NCBI GenBank assembly: GCA_900546965.1
Contig: URFE01000001.1
Coordinates: forward strand, 1 to 51,083
Source: an uncultured Collinsella sp.
Lineage (GTDB): Bacteria; Actinomycetota; Coriobacteriia; Coriobacteriales; Coriobacteriaceae
Direction of reading: 5' to 3'
Length of the DNA stretch: 51,083 bases
Shown here: one piece after another, positions 20,243-28,933 of the stretch
How positions within the stretch are numbered: position 1 is the first letter of the stretch
How the letters are laid out: each line of letters starts with the position of its first letter
Notes under the pieces: model-generated
Database searches by the model: none
Seen by the model: only the letters and a program-made list of their open reading frames with translations
Told to the model about the DNA's origin: nothing
Position numbers and translations under genes: made by a program

Positions 20243-22339
20243 TTACTTTTTGCGGGCAAGCTCACCGATGTTGGCAATGCCGGAGAAAACGGCCTCGAAG
20301 CGGTTGAGCAGCTTAAGGCGATTATCGCGGAGCTGCTCGTCCTTGTCCATGACCATGACCTCGTCGAAGAAGCGGTCGATGGGGGCGCGCAGGGCGGCAA
20401 GGGCGGCAAATGCGGCCGGGTAATCCTCGGCAGCAAGGGCGTCGTCGACAGCGGTCTGAGCAGCCTCGGAGGCATCGGCAAGCGCGTGCTCGACCTCGCC
20501 CATCAGGCTGCGGTCGTACTCCGCGCCCAGCTCGGGCTTGGAGATATGCGCGGCACGGGCATAGGCCGTCGCCAGGTTGTCAAAGGTCTCGGCGTCGTTC
20601 TTGCGGGCCTCGTCGAGGGCGGCGCAGCGGGCGAAGAAGACGGACGGGGCGATGATGTGCACCGCAGAGACGGCGGCAACGGTATCGGCCGGGACCTTTT
20701 CGTCGCGGGCCATGCTCACCAGGCGGCCATGGAAGAAGTCACGAACCTGCTGGGCGACCTCGGCGGCGTCGAACTCAATGCCCTGCTCACTGTAGAGCTC
20801 GAGGGCGAAGTCGATGAGCGACGTGGGGTCGATCGGCAGGCGGTCGCGCAGGATGTTGATGATGCCGATAGCGGCACGACGCAGCGCGTAGGGGTCGGAG
20901 GAGCCGGTCGGGGGCTCGCCGATGGCAAAGATACCGGCGATGGTATCGAGCTTATCGGCGCAGGCCACGATGCAGCCAGCGGTGCCCTCGGGCAGCTCGT
21001 CACCGGCAAAGCGAGGACGATAGTGATCGCGAATAGCATGAGCGACCTCGTCGTTCTCCCCCATCGCGGTCGCGTAATAACCGCCCATCACGCCCTGCTG
21101 GCTCGTGAACTCGACGACGGCGTTGGATACCAGGTCGGCCTTGCACAGGTGCGCGGCGCGAGCGGCATCGGCTGCCAGGTGAGCACCCAGGTGTGCCTCA
21201 CGGGCAATAGCGAGCGCGAGCTGCTCGATGCGCTCGGACTTGGCGAGCACGCTACCGAGCTTCTCCTGGAAGGCGACCTTGGCCAGACGCTCGCGGAACT
21301 CGTCGAGGGAGATCTTCAGGTCCTCCTCGTAGAAGAACTTGGCGTCGTCCAGACGGGCGCGCACGACGCGCTCGTTGCCGTCAATCACGCGCTCGGCATT
21401 CTCGGGCTTGCTGTTGGAAACGACCACGAACTCACGCGTGAGCTTGCCCTCGCCGTCATAGATCGGGAAGTAGCGCTGGTTGGTGAGCATGGACTCGCAG
21501 ATAATCTCGTGCGGGACCTTGAGGAACTCCTCATCGAAGGTACCGACGAGCACCGTCGGCCACTCGCAGAGGTTAATGACCTCCTCAAAGACCTTCTTGG
21601 GTGTATCGACATGGCAACCGGGACGGGCAGCCTCGACCTCGGCGATACCGGCGAGGATGGCCTCACGACGACGCTCGGCAGAAAGCACACCGGCGTCCTC
21701 GAGCACCTGCTCGTAAACAGCGGGGCTGGCAACCACATGGTCGCCAGGGCCAAGTACGCGATGACCACGCGTGGTGTTGCCACTCGTCACGTCGGCAAAC
21801 GATACGGGCACAACATCCTCGCCCAAAAGGCAGCAGATCCAACGGACCGGACGCACGAACGTGGCGTGCTCGTGGCCCCAGCGCTGGGAGCGGTAGTTGG
21901 GCCACTGCAGGCCGGCGATGGTCTTCTCGCACAGGGCCGTCAGGATCGGGGTAGCCGGTGCGGAGGGAATGTTCTTCTCGGCGAACACATACTCGCGACC
22001 GTCAGTGTCCTCGCGACGGACCAGGTCCTCGGCAGCCACACCGCACTTGCGGGCGAAGCCCTGGGCGGCCTTGGTGGCGTTACCGTCGGCATCGAAGGCG
22101 ATGTTGGCCGCGGGGCCGCGCTTGACCTCGTGAACCTCGTCGGTCGCGGTGGCGACATCGGCAACGAGTGCAGCCAGGCGGCGCGGGCTCGAGATCACGC
22201 GGACCTCGCCGTGGGCCAGACCGGCCTCGTCGAGACCCTTGGCGATCATGGTGCCAAGCTGCTTGACGGCATTGTTCAGCGGTGCAGAGGGCATTTCCTC
22301 CGTACCGATTTCAAACAGGAAATCCTTAGCGTCTGCCAT
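20243..22339 (-). CDS. glyS: Glycyl-tRNA synthetase beta subunit
   Basis: LFEIGTEEMP, SPRRLA, FVRPVRW, GNERVVRARLDDA, PTGSSDPYALRR, FFDEVMVM. Confidence 0.97.
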   Translation of the reverse strand: MADAKDFLFEIGTEEMPSAPLNNAVKQLGTMIAKGLDEAGLAHGEVRVISSPRRLAALVADVATATDEVHEVKRGPAANIAFDADGNATKAAQGFARKCGVAAEDLVRREDTDGREYVFAEKNIPSAPATPILTALCEKTIAGLQWPNYRSQRWGHEHATFVRPVRWICCLLGEDVVPVSFADVTSGNTTRGHRVLGPGDHVVASPAVYEQVLEDAGVLSAERRREAILAGIAEVEAARPGCHVDTPKKVFEEVINLCEWPTVLVGTFDEEFLKVPHEIICESMLTNQRYFPIYDGEGKLTREFVVVSNSKPENAERVIDGNERVVRARLDDAKFFYEEDLKISLDEFRERLAKVAFQEKLGSVLAKSERIEQLALAIAREAHLGAHLAADAARAAHLCKADLVSNAVVEFTSQQGVMGGYYATAMGENDEVAHAIRDHYRPRFAGDELPEGTAGCIVACADKLDTIAGIFAIGEPPTGSSDPYALRRAAIGIINILRDRLPIDPTSLIDFALELYSEQGIEFDAAEVAQQVRDFFHGRLVSMARDEKVPADTVAAVSAVHIIAPSVFFARCAALDEARKNDAETFDNLATAYARAAHISKPELGAEYDRSLMGEVEHALADASEAAQTAVDDALAAEDYPAAFAALAALRAPIDRFFDEVMVMDKDEQLRDNRLKLLNRFEAVFSGIANIGELARKK

Positions 22340-22342
22340 GGC

Positions 22343-23254
22343 TTACGCCACCTCGCCTTCCTGGTCGGCATTCTCGTTGACTCCGGCGACCTCGGCCATA
22401 TAGGCCTCGCAGCACGCCTTGGCGACGGCGCGGACGCGCAGGATGTAGTTGGCACGCTCGACCGCGGACAGCGCGCCGCGGGCATCGAGCAGGTTGAAGG
22501 CATGACTGCACTTCATGACGCAGTCGTAAGCGGGCAGCGGCAGCTTGCGCTCAAGGCAGGAGTGGCACTCGGCCTCGTAGTCATCAAACTTCTGACGCAT
22601 CATCTCGACGTTGGCGACCTCAAAGTTGTAGGCACTAAACTCGCGCTCGTTCTCCAGGAACACGTCGCCATAGGTCATGGGCGTGCCGTCGGGCAGGTAG
22701 CTCCACACCAGGTCGTAGACCGAGTTAACGCCCTGGGCGTACATGGCGATACGCTCCAGGCCGTAGGTGATCTCGACGGGCACGGGGTCGACCTCGATGC
22801 CGCCCACCTGCTGGAAGTACGTAAACTGCGTGACCTCCATGCCATTGAGCCAGACCTCCCAGCCAAGGCCCCAGGCGCCGAGCGTCGGGCTCTCCCAGTC
22901 GTCCTCGACAAAGCGGACGTCATGGTCGTTGGGGTCCAGACCGATAGCGGCAAGAGACCCCAGGTAGAGCTCCTGGGCGTTGACCGGAGAAGGCTTGATG
23001 AGCACCTGGAACTGATAGTAGTGCTGCATGCGGTTGGGGTTCTCGCCGTAGCGGCCGTCGGCGGGACGGCGGCAGGGCTGCGCATAGCAGGTGCGCCACT
23101 CGGCGGGACCGAGCGAGCGCAGCGTGGTCGCGGTATGGAAGGTACCGGCACCGACCTCGGAGTCGTAGGGCTGCATAATGACGCAGCCCTGCTCGCCCCA
23201 GTACTGCTGGAGGCGCAGGATGATGTCTTGGAAGGAAAGCGATGAAGCGTTCAT
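22343..23254 (-). CDS. glyQ: Glycyl-tRNA synthetase alpha subunit
   Basis: [39 protein letters not shown]. Confidence 0.98.
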   Translation of the reverse strand: MNASSLSFQDIILRLQQYWGEQGCVIMQPYDSEVGAGTFHTATTLRSLGPAEWRTCYAQPCRRPADGRYGENPNRMQHYYQFQVLIKPSPVNAQELYLGSLAAIGLDPNDHDVRFVEDDWESPTLGAWGLGWEVWLNGMEVTQFTYFQQVGGIEVDPVPVEITYGLERIAMYAQGVNSVYDLVWSYLPDGTPMTYGDVFLENEREFSAYNFEVANVEMMRQKFDDYEAECHSCLERKLPLPAYDCVMKCSHAFNLLDARGALSAVERANYILRVRAVAKACCEAYMAEVAGVNENADQEGEVA

Positions 23255-23313
23255 GCCTCTAATATCCCCTCGTCGAAACGATTACACGGTTAGGTACTGT
23301 ACTATAGCGGTTT

Positions 23314-23877
23314 TTAGTCGATAGCGCCGATGCGGTTGAGCGGCCAGTAGCGCACAAGCGCCACAGCGATCAAATCAGAGCGATCGACGGGACCAAAGTA
23401 GCGTGAGTCGGCAGAGTTTTCGCGGTTGTCGCCCATCACCCACACGCACCCGTCGGGAACGGTGTAGGGATAGCTTACCTGAGCGCCGGGCGCTTGGACC
23501 GAAAGTGGCCAGCTCATGCCCGTCGTATAGTCCTCGTCGAGCGCTTGGCCGTCAACGACCACCTTGCCATCCTGCAGGTCGACCGTCTGGCCGGCCGTGG
23601 CAATAACACGCTTGACAAGAACATCATGCTCGGAGGTGCCATCGGGGTTGTGAAACACCACGATATCGCCTTGGCTGACAGGCTGACCGAGCTCGAGGCT
23701 CACCTTTTGTGCCAGGATCTGGTCGCCAATCTCGATCGTGTCCTCCATAGAACCGGTGGGTACCACAAAGGGCTCGACCACAAACGAGCGAATCAAGAAG
23801 GTGGCGACCAATGCTATCGCGATGACCGCGATCCACTCAAAAGCGCCCCTCAACGCGGAATGCTGCGATGGAACCAT
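23314..23877 (-). CDS. lepB: Signal peptidase I
   Basis: TM segment, VPTGSMEDT (Ser), VKRVIA (Lys), MGDNRENSADSRYFG. Confidence 0.95.
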   Translation of the reverse strand: MVPSQHSALRGAFEWIAVIAIALVATFLIRSFVVEPFVVPTGSMEDTIEIGDQILAQKVSLELGQPVSQGDIVVFHNPDGTSEHDVLVKRVIATAGQTVDLQDGKVVVDGQALDEDYTTGMSWPLSVQAPGAQVSYPYTVPDGCVWVMGDNRENSADSRYFGPVDRSDLIAVALVRYWPLNRIGAID

Positions 23878-23879
23878 TC

Positions 23880-24638
23880 TCACTCCTCGCTCTGCGAATA
23901 CGAAGCGTCCAAAATCTCCTGCGCGTACGCACGCTCCTGGGGCGTAAGGCGCGCCGTCTCGATCAGATCGGGACGCCAGCGGCAGGTGCGCTCGATGGCG
24001 TTCTTGCGACGCCAGGCATCGACCTTGGCGTGATCGCCACTCACGAGCACCGGCGGCACGCCTTCGCCGTTGAACTCGGCGGGACGGGTGTACTGCGCGT
24101 ACTCGAGCAGGCCTCCGTCCTCGGCGGTCGAGAACGACTCGTCCACATTGCTCATCTCGTCGCCCAGGGCGCCGGGAATCAGGCGTACGACGGCATCGGC
24201 AACGACCATAGCGGGAAGTTCGCCACCCGTAAGCACGTAGTCGCCGATCGACAGACGCTCATCGGCATACGCATACGCACGCTCGTCGACGCCCTCGTAG
24301 CGGCTGCACACAAACAGCAGGCGCTCACTTTTGAGCAGGCGCTCGGCCACATGCTGCGTAAAAGGCTCGCCACAGGGGGTAAAGAACACCACAGTGGGCT
24401 TGGGACCCTCTGCGCTAATGGCCTCGATGGCCTCTGCGATAGGCTCGACCTTCATGAGCATGCCCTGCCCGCCGCCGTACGGCTCGTCATCGACGGTACG
24501 ATGACGGTCGTGCGTCCAGTCGCGCAGGTTATACGCCTTAAAATCAAAAAGACCGGCCTTGCGGGCGCGGCCCAAAATCGATGTGGACATGACGGGCTCA
24601 AACATCTCGGGAAAGACCGAAAGGGTCTCGATCAGCAT
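23880..24638 (-). CDS. trmD: tRNA (guanine-N1)-methyltransferase
   Basis: VDDEPYGGGQGM, RYEGVDER, SIGDYVLTGGE, YTRP. Confidence 0.97.
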   Translation of the reverse strand: MLIETLSVFPEMFEPVMSTSILGRARKAGLFDFKAYNLRDWTHDRHRTVDDEPYGGGQGMLMKVEPIAEAIEAISAEGPKPTVVFFTPCGEPFTQHVAERLLKSERLLFVCSRYEGVDERAYAYADERLSIGDYVLTGGELPAMVVADAVVRLIPGALGDEMSNVDESFSTAEDGGLLEYAQYTRPAEFNGEGVPPVLVSGDHAKVDAWRRKNAIERTCRWRPDLIETARLTPQERAYAQEILDASYSQSEE

Positions 24639-24648
24639 GTTGTCCTCC

Positions 24649-25170
24649 CTACTTGTCCATATCAATCAGGCCGTCCATAACGTGGACGGAAATTGTTCCT
24701 GTGTCGGGAAGATCGAGCACAACCTGCTCGATCACGGGAATCAGCACCTCGCCGTACCGATCGCCCTCGACAACCCAAACATCGTTAGCGGGCGTCGACA
24801 TGATCTCGACGATCGTGCCGAGCGAACCGAAGCGCTCGTCGACCACCTCGCGACCCATCAGGTCGGTATAGGCAGCATCGAGCGAATCGAGCTCAAAGTC
24901 GTCACGATTTGCCAGCACGTAGCATCCGGTGATGCCCTCGGCGGCCGTCAAGTCGTCTATGCCCTCAAACGAGACCAGATCGCCATCGCCCGTATCGGTA
25001 ACGGACACGACCGTGCAAAAGCGGTCGCGCTTGAGCGCCGGCGGCGTCAGGGCGACCCGCATACCAGGCTCTAATACAGAAGGAAGCCCCCGCAGCGGCT
25101 GCGCGAGGACCTCCCCCTTCCTTCCGTGTGGCTTGACCACACGGGCGATGTTTTTGTACTGGGACCTCAA
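24649..25170 (-). CDS. rimM: 16S rRNA processing protein RimM
   Basis: KPHGRKGEV, ANDVWVV, VLIPV; canonical position. Confidence 0.93.
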   Translation of the reverse strand: MRSQYKNIARVVKPHGRKGEVLAQPLRGLPSVLEPGMRVALTPPALKRDRFCTVVSVTDTGDGDLVSFEGIDDLTAAEGITGCYVLANRDDFELDSLDAAYTDLMGREVVDERFGSLGTIVEIMSTPANDVWVVEGDRYGEVLIPVIEQVVLDLPDTGTISVHVMDGLIDMDK

Positions 25171-25174
25171 GGTC

Positions 25175-25459
25175 CTAGCCCAGAACCTCTACCTCGACAG
25201 CAGTGTCGAGGCGAGCGGCCAGTGCACGGGCGAGCGTGCGAATGGCCTTGATGGTACGGCCACGACGGCCGATGACCTTAGCGACATCATCCTCGGCAAC
25301 CGAAACCTCAATCGTGGAGGCGTCGTCGCCATCGATGACCTCAAGGCTCACGGAATCCGGGTCGTCGACGATCTGAACAACGAGATATTCGACGAGATCG
25401 GCGATGCGATCTGAGAGCATTGCCTCACCCTCGAGCTGTGCAGCGTCAACCTCAGGCAC
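25175..25459 (-). CDS. khpA: KH-domain RNA-binding protein KhpA/YlqC
   Basis: KVIGRRGRTIKAIR GxxG loop; between rpsP and rimM. Confidence 0.9.
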   Translation of the reverse strand: MPEVDAAQLEGEAMLSDRIADLVEYLVVQIVDDPDSVSLEVIDGDDASTIEVSVAEDDVAKVIGRRGRTIKAIRTLARALAARLDTAVEVEVLG

Positions 25460-25462
25460 GAT

Positions 25463-25804
25463 TTACTCCTCGGCGCCCTCAGCGGCCTCAGCGGCAGCCT
25501 TAGCGGCCTCGGCCTCTTTGGCAAGCTGCTTCTTGGACTTCTTGACGACGGTCTCGGTCTTCTCGCCCTCGTTGGCGGCCTTGACCAGAGCGGCGACGGC
25601 GTCGGTGAGCTGAGCGCCCTTGGACTGCCAGTCGGCGATCTTCTCGAGGTCGAGGTTGATGGTCTTGGGGGCGGTCATCGGGTTGTAGCGGCCAACCTCC
25701 TCGATGATACGACCGTCACGCGGGGCGCGGGAATCGGCGACGACGACACGGTAGTACGGACGCTTCTTAGCGCCGTGACGAGCAAGGCGAATCTTGACTG
25801 CCAA
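25463..25804 (-). CDS. rpsP: 30S ribosomal protein S16 with C-terminal extension
   Basis: [33 protein letters not shown] start after GGAGGAG. Confidence 0.97.
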   Translation of the reverse strand: MAVKIRLARHGAKKRPYYRVVVADSRAPRDGRIIEEVGRYNPMTAPKTINLDLEKIADWQSKGAQLTDAVAALVKAANEGEKTETVVKKSKKQLAKEAEAAKAAAEAAEGAEE

Positions 25805-25860
25805 AGGAAACTCCTCCAACCAAGCAGCTTTAGGCTGCAACTACAAACAAACAGCTGAAC

Positions 25861-25889
25861 ATAATACGCCATCGACGCGGGCAGGTGAA
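25861..25889 (-). promoter_or_regulatory. rpsP operon promoter
   Basis: TTCACC-17 nt-TATTAT on the minus strand. Confidence 0.55.
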
Positions 25890-26005
25890 GTCCGTGAGAC
25901 CAACTTCTTCGGTGTAGTCGAGGGCAAATCCATATCTTAGACAAGAATTCAGGATTTGCAAGCACATACACGCACCCCACATGAGCTGCGCGGTATACTC
26001 ATGAC

Positions 26006-27259
26006 ATGGAAAGACGCGAACATACATACGGTTATGAGGATGCCATGGGCGTCACGCCGCCGCCCTGGACGGGTCCGGCGGTGGGCCTGATGGACCTTGA
26101 TGCGTTTTTTGCGAGCGTGGAGATGCTCGATCATCCCGAATGGCGCGGAAAGCCGCTCATCGTGGGCGGAGACGCCGATTCGCGTGGCGTCGTGTCCACG
26201 TGTTCGTATGAGGCACGTCGCTTTGGCGTGCACTCTGCCATGGCCTCGGCCGAGGCGCGGCGCTTGTGCCCGCAAGCCATTTGGACGCATGGGCATTTTA
26301 ATCGCTACCGCGAGGTCAGCGCGCAGGTCATGGCGATTCTCGCCGACGAGACCCCGCGCGTTGAGCGCGTATCCATCGACGAAGCCTTTATCGATATCAC
26401 ACCGGGTCGCTTTGCGCCCGAAGACCCGCTGCTGGTTGCGCGGCGTATAAGCGACCGCGTGGCAGGGCTGGGAGTGACCTGCTCCATTGGCGTGGGCTGC
26501 AACAAGACGGTCGCAAAGATCGCAAGCGAGCGGGATAAGCCGTTTGGGCTGACCATCGTGCGCCCCGGAACCGAGCAGCGCTTTTTGGCCGCGCTGCCGG
26601 TATCTGCCATGAGCGGCATCGGGCGCTCGGCCGAGGAGCGACTGCGCCGCATGCGCATCTACACCCTCGGCGAGCTATCACGTGCACCGGAATCCACCTT
26701 GTCCTCTATTTTTGGCGTCAACGGCGAACGCATGCGCCAGCGTGCGCTGGGACTCGAAATCTCCGAAGTCACGAGTCTCGATGAAGAGCGCGAGGTCAAG
26801 TCGGTCAGCAATGAACGCACCTTTGCTAAAGATTTGACTGAGCGTGGGGATATTGAGGCGGCGATTGCGCTGTTGGGAGAGTCAGTGGGACGCCGTCTGC
26901 GCCGTCAGGGGCTGACGGGTGCCACGGTAACGCTCAAACTCAAGTATTCGTATGGCAGCGGGCGTACGGCACAGCGCCGGCTGCCTCATCCGACCGACGA
27001 TGAGAACATCTTCGTGGCGGTTGCACTCGAACTGCTCGACAACATCTGGCAGGAAAGCATGCATGTTCGCTTAGCAGGCATCGGTATGAGCGACTTCGAC
27101 CACCAAGGCGGCATCCAGACCGACCTGTTCTGCGAGATCGATGACCGCGGGGCCCAATCCAGCGACCGCCGCGACCTCTCCGTCGCCATCGACGCCGTCC
27201 GAGACAAATTCGGCGACACCGTCCTTTCCTTCGGCCGCCAATCCCGCTTCAATAACTAG
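26006..27259 (+). CDS. dinB: DNA polymerase IV (Y family)
   Basis: DLDAFFASVE, SYEARRFGV, SIDEAF, AKIASERDKPFG, KSVSNERTF; TATACT 7 nt before ATG 26006; alternative ATG at 26045. Confidence 0.95.
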   Translation: MERREHTYGYEDAMGVTPPPWTGPAVGLMDLDAFFASVEMLDHPEWRGKPLIVGGDADSRGVVSTCSYEARRFGVHSAMASAEARRLCPQAIWTHGHFNRYREVSAQVMAILADETPRVERVSIDEAFIDITPGRFAPEDPLLVARRISDRVAGLGVTCSIGVGCNKTVAKIASERDKPFGLTIVRPGTEQRFLAALPVSAMSGIGRSAEERLRRMRIYTLGELSRAPESTLSSIFGVNGERMRQRALGLEISEVTSLDEEREVKSVSNERTFAKDLTERGDIEAAIALLGESVGRRLRRQGLTGATVTLKLKYSYGSGRTAQRRLPHPTDDENIFVAVALELLDNIWQESMHVRLAGIGMSDFDHQGGIQTDLFCEIDDRGAQSSDRRDLSVAIDAVRDKFGDTVLSFGRQSRFNN

Positions 27260-27275
27260 TCTTTTTTGGACGGGG
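27257..27275 (+). repeat. Degenerate RAYT-associated repeat copy starting at the dinB stop codon
   Basis: TAGTCTTTTTTGGACGGGG matches 27309-27327 (TAGTCAATTTGGGACGGGG) at 16 of 19 positions. Confidence 0.6.
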
Positions 27276-27306
27276 GGGGTTGCTGCCTTCCGTCCGACAC
27301 GGCATT

Positions 27307-27429
27307 GGTAGTCAATTTGGGACGGGGCTATTTTAGCTACCCCTATATATCGGTTGAGATTCATTCGGCCTAATTCATTCACCGTCAGCCAAAGGGTAGC
27401 TAAAATAGCCCCGTCCAAAATTGACTACC
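27307..27429. repeat. REPIN-like doublet: two inverted 36-bp repeat copies
   Basis: 27307-27342 GGTAGTCAATTTGGGACGGGGCTATTTTAGCTACCC is the reverse complement of 27394-27429 with one mismatch; 51-nt spacer. Confidence 0.9.
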
Positions 27430-27464
27430 CCGGATGTCCGGTTTGCCCGCCGCAACAAAACTCT

Positions 27465-27479
27465 GTCCCAAATAGCTAC
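27465..27479 (-). repeat. Partial repeat copy containing the RAYT stop codon
   Basis: Minus strand GTAGCTATTTGGGAC versus consensus GTAGCTAATTTGGGAC. Confidence 0.65.
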
Positions 27480-28225
27480 TGATCGAGCTTGACCTTCTGA
27501 ATCGTGCAGTGACCGATGCCCGTGAGGCGCACGATCTGCTTTATCGAAAAGCCCTCGTTTTTGAGCGTACGGATGTAGTTGTCGCGCACGGCTTTAGGCA
27601 AAGCTTTAAGGTGGTGAGGCTCATACGGTTTAAGGAGAGCCTGTGCAAACTCCAGTGCATCTATGTCGCTCACATGAGCGCCGTCACGGAAGCAATATCG
27701 ATTCGGTTCTCCCGAGGTACTGAAAGCAAAAAATCTCTGAGAATCTCCGAGCAAACCTAGCACACATTCAGTCATACAAATACCCGGGTATCCCATATAT
27801 TCGCTAAAACTGCTCCAACGATATAGTGAAGCAGTCCCAATCCTGGCTTTCGCAGGATTATCGTGAATATATCTCACACAGTTGAGCAGCTGATCATCGT
27901 TAAGAATCGGCACGCTCTTAAATCGATCCTGAAAAACTGGTCCCTTCCGTCCGGTTTTCGCGTTGAAATACATCGCATATGCAGTCGTAACAGAGTGCAT
28001 GCAATCGCTCAGGTGAACATGTTCATCATCTAGCAACAAGTGAATATGGTTGTCCATAAGGCACCAAGCAATGATATTGACGTCGTATTTTCGGCATTTC
28101 GAGGCAAGCAACCGAATCAAATATATCCGATCATCGGCATCCTCAAATATCAGCTGACCACCACAGCCCTTTTGGACGACATGGTAATAGCCGTAAACAG
28201 AGATTTCCCGCGCGGTCCGAGTCAT
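27476..28225 (-). CDS. REP-associated tyrosine transposase (RAYT-like, Y1 HUH family) with C-terminal HTH
   Basis: YYHVVQKG, CLMDNHIHLL (HUH), GPVFQDRFKS, RYIHDNPAKA (catalytic Tyr), YRWSS, C-terminal FSIKQIVRLTGIG; GAGGAGGAG SD; AT-richer than neighbours. Confidence 0.9.
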   Translation of the reverse strand: MTRTAREISVYGYYHVVQKGCGGQLIFEDADDRIYLIRLLASKCRKYDVNIIAWCLMDNHIHLLLDDEHVHLSDCMHSVTTAYAMYFNAKTGRKGPVFQDRFKSVPILNDDQLLNCVRYIHDNPAKARIGTASLYRWSSFSEYMGYPGICMTECVLGLLGDSQRFFAFSTSGEPNRYCFRDGAHVSDIDALEFAQALLKPYEPHHLKALPKAVRDNYIRTLKNEGFSIKQIVRLTGIGHCTIQKVKLDQ

Positions 28226-28326
28226 ACGCATCTCCTCCTCTACAGATAACAAATACGTTACCCGAGTCGGAAAGCTAAATATCACGCAATGAACCGCAAC
28301 TCGCTTCTATCGGCGAACGGTAGGTA

Positions 28327-28359
28327 GTAGCTAAAAAAGCCCCGTCCCAAATTAGCTAC
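28327..28359. repeat. RAYT-associated repeat copy (self-hairpin)
   Basis: GTAGCTAA-AAAAGCCCCGTCCCAAA-TTAGCTAC; 3 mismatches to the reverse complement of the 27307 arm. Confidence 0.85.
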
Positions 28360-28375
28360 TTTGGGCAAAAAGAAA

Positions 28376-28409
28376 GCCGGGTAGCTGCGGAAAACCGCAA
28401 CTGCCCGGC
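28376..28409. repeat. GTAG-containing GC-rich hairpin between repeat copies
   Basis: GCCGGGTAGCTGCGG-AAAA-CCGCAACTGCCCGGC imperfect inverted repeat; followed by TTTCTTTTT on the minus strand, so possibly the rsfS operon terminator. Confidence 0.65.
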
Positions 28410-28420
28410 GATATGCGTGA

Positions 28421-28451
28421 GGGTAGCTAAACCCCGTCTCAAATGAGCTAC
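28421..28451. repeat. RAYT-associated repeat copy abutting the rsfS stop
   Basis: GGGTAGCTAAACCCCGTCTCAAATGAGCTAC. Confidence 0.8.
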
Positions 28452-28906
28452 TAGAGGAGATTGAGGGGGAGCTGGGGGGCGTCTCCCCAGAGTTTCTCGA
28501 GGCGGTAGAAGTCGCGGGCTTCGGGAGTGAAGACGTGGACGACAACCGAACCATAGTCCATGAGCATCCAGGTCTTCTGCTCGCGACCCTCGATGGAGAA
28601 CGGGTGCTCGCCGCAAGCCTCGGCGACCTTCTCCTCGATCTCGTCGACGATAGAATCGACCTGGCGGTTGTTGGTACCGGTGGCAAGCACAAAGTAGTCG
28701 CATACGTCGGAAAGCTCGGTCAGGTCGAGCACCTGAACGTCCTCGCCCTTCTTGTCGTAGGCGGCCTGCGCGGCGGCGCGGGCGACATCCTCGGCGGCGA
28801 CACCGCTCGCGGACAGCGAGGCGGCAGTGCGGTCGGACGTGGCAACGAAGCTCTTGTGCTCCACACCTTCAAGAATCTGCTCGTCGGTCATGGTCTCGTC
28901 GGCCAT
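28451..28906 (-). CDS. rsfS: Ribosome silencing factor RsfS (Iojap)
   Basis: DKKGEDVQVLDL, DYFVLATG, WMLMDYGSVVVHVF, RDFYRLEKLW. Confidence 0.95.
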   Translation of the reverse strand: MADETMTDEQILEGVEHKSFVATSDRTAASLSASGVAAEDVARAAAQAAYDKKGEDVQVLDLTELSDVCDYFVLATGTNNRQVDSIVDEIEEKVAEACGEHPFSIEGREQKTWMLMDYGSVVVHVFTPEARDFYRLEKLWGDAPQLPLNLL

Positions 28907-28933
28907 GGAATACCTCTTTCTAGACAGCCCGAG

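Noticed and set aside
20051..23245. 1064-aa plus-strand ORF, and similar long antisense ORFs such as 35-1564, 7878-9380, 33486-35177 and 45940-48018
   Set aside because: Shadow frames opposite well-conserved genes; expected from high-GC codon bias; no recognisable motifs
23255..23313. T-box riboswitch for glyQS
   Set aside because: The intergenic space is only 59 nt and has no T-box motif
27476..28225. IS200/IS605 element with TnpB/omegaRNA
   Set aside because: No tnpB or iscB; the protein is longer than IS200 TnpA and has RAYT-type motifs plus a C-terminal HTH
27257..28451. Repeats as a CRISPR array
   Set aside because: Mixed orientation, irregular spacing, interrupted by a gene, and no cas genes
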